From Hypanus sabinus (lineage: Eukaryota), in the NCBI RefSeq assembly GCF_030144855.1, contig NC_082710.1:26598001-26662000 (forward strand): a stretch of DNA of 64,000 nt. Reading direction: 5' to 3'. The first letter of the stretch is position 1; each line of letters opens with the position of its first letter. The notes beneath the pieces were generated by a model. That model was not told where the DNA came from, made no database searches, and was given only the letters and a program-made list of their open reading frames with translations. Position numbers and translations under genes: made by a program. Positions 60,119-64,000 of this stretch are shown here, piece by piece.

Positions 60119-60448
60119 GAAAGATTAGTGTTATCTATCACATGTACATTGAAACTTTGAAATGTACAATCAAATGCATCAATGATCAACACAGCCCAAG
60201 GGTGTACCGCGAGCAGCCCACATATCACCACTTTTCTGCGCCAACATAACAGGTCCACAACTTATTAACCTCAACTCTCACCCACACATCTTTGGAACGT
60301 GGAAGGAAACTGGAACACCTGGAGGAAAGCCATGTGGTTACAGAGAGAAACCACAAAGTCTTTATAGGCAACGGCAGGATTTGAACCCTGATTGTTGATC
60401 ACTAGTGTTGTAAGGCATCATGCCAACCACCACACTACTAGGCTGCCC
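60118..60448 (-). mobile_element. V-SINE-like SINE, full length
   Basis: Reverse core ggaaggaaactggaacacctggaggaaagcc, B-box ggatttgaaccc, tail agaaagattag. Confidence 0.8.
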
Positions 60449-61319
60449 ATTTAAAGTTGTAGATGGTGCAGGTCCATTGCCCCAGGACATCACTGGATAA
60501 GTTTCTCAGGATAGTGTCCAAGGCCTAAGCAGCTTTAGCCTCTTTGTGAATGAACATCCTTCTATCATGCAGGTGGATCTGGGAATGTTCACTGATCGTT
60601 CCACTGTGTTCAATTCCATTTTTATCTCCAGAGAAAATGAAGCAGCCTGTGCCTGCGTGAAGCAAGGCGAGGAAATGTTCAGGGAATTTTTTTCAAGGGG
60701 CAAATAACAATGCACATACATTACCAGGCAGTGGCCATCTCTGACAAGAGGGAATCTCATTATCTACAAGTGAATCCAGCTACCTACCCTAGACATTCAA
60801 ATATTATTTCTATCACCAAGTTCCCTGCCTTTGATATATTGGGATTTATCATTAAACAGAAATTTAACTAGAATAGCCATGTAAGCGCATAAATGCGGTT
60901 GGAGATTTGGTATCCTGTTGTGAGTGACTTAGCTTATAATGACTCAATTTCTAATGCCCCATTATCCTATCACAATTCAGAAGCAAGAGGGGATACTACC
61001 CCTCGATGAATGCAATTCCAGCATTCTATAATCTCAATATTATCCAGGTCACTGCCAACTAAACCTCCACTCTAAACATTCATTCCCTTCATCTTCAATG
61101 TACAAAGAAGAAAGTACTTACCATCTGCCACAAATAAGGAACAAGGAGGAGGGAAGAAGAGGCAATAAAAGGGAGGGAGAAAGTGGTTCTGAGTTAATGA
61201 AGACCATTGGTCAGTTATGTAGAGTGCAGGACACATCAAAAGCATCTCTGGTAGGCAAGAGATTGAGAGACAATGAGATATTGAAATTCACAAATAAATT
61301 TCACAAAGTTACCAATTTT

Positions 61320-62060
61320 CATGATACTTGCTGGTGATAATAAACCTGATTCTGAACAAATAAGATATCGTCACTGACATCCATCATGAAATTTATTGTT
61401 CTTATAGCAGTACAGTGCAGGCATAACAAATTACAAGAAATTACAAGAAAAACAAATAAATAAATCAATAGATTGTCGAAGGAGGAATAGTGAGGTAGTG
61501 TTTATTTCATAGACTGTTCAGAAATCTGATGGAAGCGAGCAAGAATCTGTTCCTAAAATGTTGAGTGTGGATCTTCGGGCTCTGTGCCTCCTCCTTAATG
61601 ATAGTGTTGAGAAGAGAGCATGTCAAGGATGATGAAAGTTTTAATAATCAATGCTTCTTTTCTGTATCACCACCTTCTGAAGATGCCCTCAGTGGTGAGG
61701 TGGCTTGTGCCTGTGATGGACCTAGCTGAGTTTACAATTCTTTGCAGCTGCCTTCATGCCAGACAGTGATGTAGCCAGTCAGAATGCTGTCCATGGTACA
61801 TGTGTTCAGATTTGTTGATATACCAGATCTCATCAAATTCCTAAAGAAGCATAACCCCCTGCATGCTGTCATCATGATTGCATCTACAATATATGTTGGG
61901 CTCAAAGTAATTCATCTGAGAGGTTGATGTCACGGAAGTTGCAACTGCTCACCCTTCCAACCAGTAACACCTCAGTGAGAAGAGGTGTATGTTCTTCCAA
62001 CTTCCCCGTCCTGAAGTCCACAATCAGTTTCTTGGTTCTGCTTACATTGCTGCGACGCAT
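61320..62060 (-). mobile_element. Decayed Rex1/Babar 3' fragment
   Basis: tcctgaagtccacaatcagtt (reverse ELIVDFR); similar to 19180-19900. Confidence 0.7.
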
Positions 62061-62499
62061 ATGACCAGCCTACCTACAACTCCTGGTTACCATCTGAAAC
62101 AAGGTCACCGAGCTCACGGGTGTCAGAGAGAATTCTGGAAGCAAGTGTAAGGAGACCATGAGTAGCTGAGGGAGAGGGTTTGTACCCCCACTCTTTCCTA
62201 ACATAATTATTGATGTAGAGGTATAGTGAACAGGGCCAGTCACCCACTTCTGCAGCTGCCCTGCTTTTCTGTGCCCGGCATAGCATATCCCTCAGACTTT
62301 ACACTTTATTGGTGGCACAGTAGTTAGAGCTCCTGCATTTTTGCTCCAGGGACCTGGGTTTGATATGTTCTGCAATGCTGTCTGTGGAGTTGACCACATG
62401 GGATTCTGCCAGAAGTTCTGGCCTCCTGCCATATCACCAAGGCACATGGATAATTTAATTAGGCATTTAAATGCAGGTTGCTGTCAAAAAGGAATCAAT

Positions 62500-62763
62500 T
62501 TTTTTTTTTACTTTTTTTATTGCATTTTTAAATGGTTACAAAGTATGAAAAAACAATGTATATAACCCTTACCCCCTCCCCTTAACCCCTCCCCCCTAAC
62601 TGCCCTATAGAAAAAAAAGAAAGAAAGAAAAAAAGAATGCCTGGTTGTTGGAAGATCTCCACATGCTCCATGGAATTCGTAATAACTTTAATATGTATAT
62701 TTATTTCTTTCCCCTAATAACCAATTGTTTCATCTTCAGAGCATCTATATATTTAATCCAAAA
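62500..62763 (-). mobile_element. L1/Tx1-type 3' end inserted into a SINE
   Basis: 14-bp TSD AAAAAGGAATCAAT (62486-62499, 62764-62777); AATAAA plus poly(A), G-rich 3' UTR and ORF end IKYIDALKMKQLVIRGKK* on the minus strand. Confidence 0.75.
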
Positions 62764-64000
62764 AAAAAGGAATCAATATTGATGGGAACGTGTGGGTGGG
62801 AAGGGGGATATAAGGGGGGGGGGAAATCAGATCAATAGAATTGCTTCCCTCGAGCTGGCATGCAGTCAAGAGCTTAGTAACTTCCTTCCGTGATTTTATA
62901 AGAGTTAATCTGAGACAAACATGTACAATTAACTGAGCCAGTCAGTTCCCACCCTCAAATATCCTTCACTGAATACAGAGGTAGGTCTATTATAGATGGT
63001 TTGTGGTTATGTTTGAGATCTTTTGAAACTAAAATCAAATCTTGCCCCTTTTCTGTCCTTTGTTTTGGGCTAAGTTTAGCCCAAGCCACATTAATTATAA
63101 ATGCTGTATGTTATAGCATGAGGAATATTTCAAAGTGTTGTTGAAGTCTGTCTTGTGTTGTTGTACAGCTGAACAGAAATTGCTAGCCATTCAATTTCCT
63201 TATATCGTAGAGCCCAAGTATAAAGTTCAATATTTTATGACAGCAGAATGATCTGTAATTTGAATATTTGGAATAGTAGAATTATTAGCTAGAAATAAGA
63301 AATAGAAAATGCATTATATTTACAACTGCTTTAGTTATTACCCATGACAAGTCATCTATGAGTTGTGTCCTAAATCTGTATGAGGTTCCCATCATGATCA
63401 ATGTGGCATGTGAATGACACTCTCTACAATATTCCCAAGTTGTCTGGCATTTGAAGGCCTGTCTCAGTCATGTGAATTTGAGCCCATGACAGCCTGTGAC
63501 TGGTTTGCTGGCTGTATGTCATCGTGGAAAAAAGCGAGCAACTGTGGAAAACTGAAGAGAATCTAGTATTGCCTTTCCTGAATCTTGTCTGCCACTAATA
63601 ATCCTGAAATAGAACTGGGAGCAGTGACAGATGCTTCACTCAGCCAAAAGGCATGGTAAGATCATCTTAAGAAGAAAGTTGTAAGAATGGAGACTTGAAA
63701 AAATAATTATGAAACAGTCCTTCCATATTGCCACTTCATTTTTCAATATTAAGTGCTGCTGGTAGAGCTTCCAGATGTCATGTGTGTTAAATTAGCTCTT
63801 TCTGAGAAGCAGCATCTGGACTGCAGCTGGCCTCAGTTGCTCTGAGGTAGAGGAAAAAGATGAATCTCTACCCTGGAGTTTTGATTGCTACCTAAGGCAT
63901 GTATCTGAAATTGTGTCTTCTTGGTTGAGGACCTGAACAGGTTGAACTTCAGTATTATATGGCTTGCCTAGTCAGAGGCTACTTCAGTAGAAACAAGTTC

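Noticed and set aside
63360-63990. Ancient Deu-domain SINE remnants
   Set aside because: Only faint resemblance; cannot be supported without a profile search

Overview
Repeat-dense, AT-rich, CpG-depleted vertebrate DNA. The repeat set (CR1 and Rex/Babar LINEs, HE1/V-SINE-like SINEs, Penelope-like elements) suggests a cartilaginous fish; this is an inference. No host protein-coding gene can be named. The window looks like a large intron or gene desert, with a few candidate small minus-strand exons and enhancer-like unique stretches. The standout feature is a young BEL/Pao LTR element at 6048-9461 (minus; 393-bp LTRs differing at about 9 sites; ATCGT TSD). Its single intact 843-codon ORF fuses Gag to the integrase C-terminal domain through three frame-preserving deletions that remove the zinc knuckles, protease, RT, RNase H and integrase core. 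It has no tRNA-type PBS; instead an exact 11-nt complement of an LTR-internal sequence suggests Tf1/sushi-like self-priming. Also present: a 697-bp fold-back Penelope insertion with a 15-bp TSD and hammerhead-ribozyme motifs, two independent solo LTRs in TAYA sites, an RT-less HERO-like element, decayed Gypsy elements, Tc1/mariner and piggyBac-like MITEs, a local tandem duplication and a 258-N gap. Boundaries of decayed repeats are approximate, and family names come from motif recognition, not database searches.
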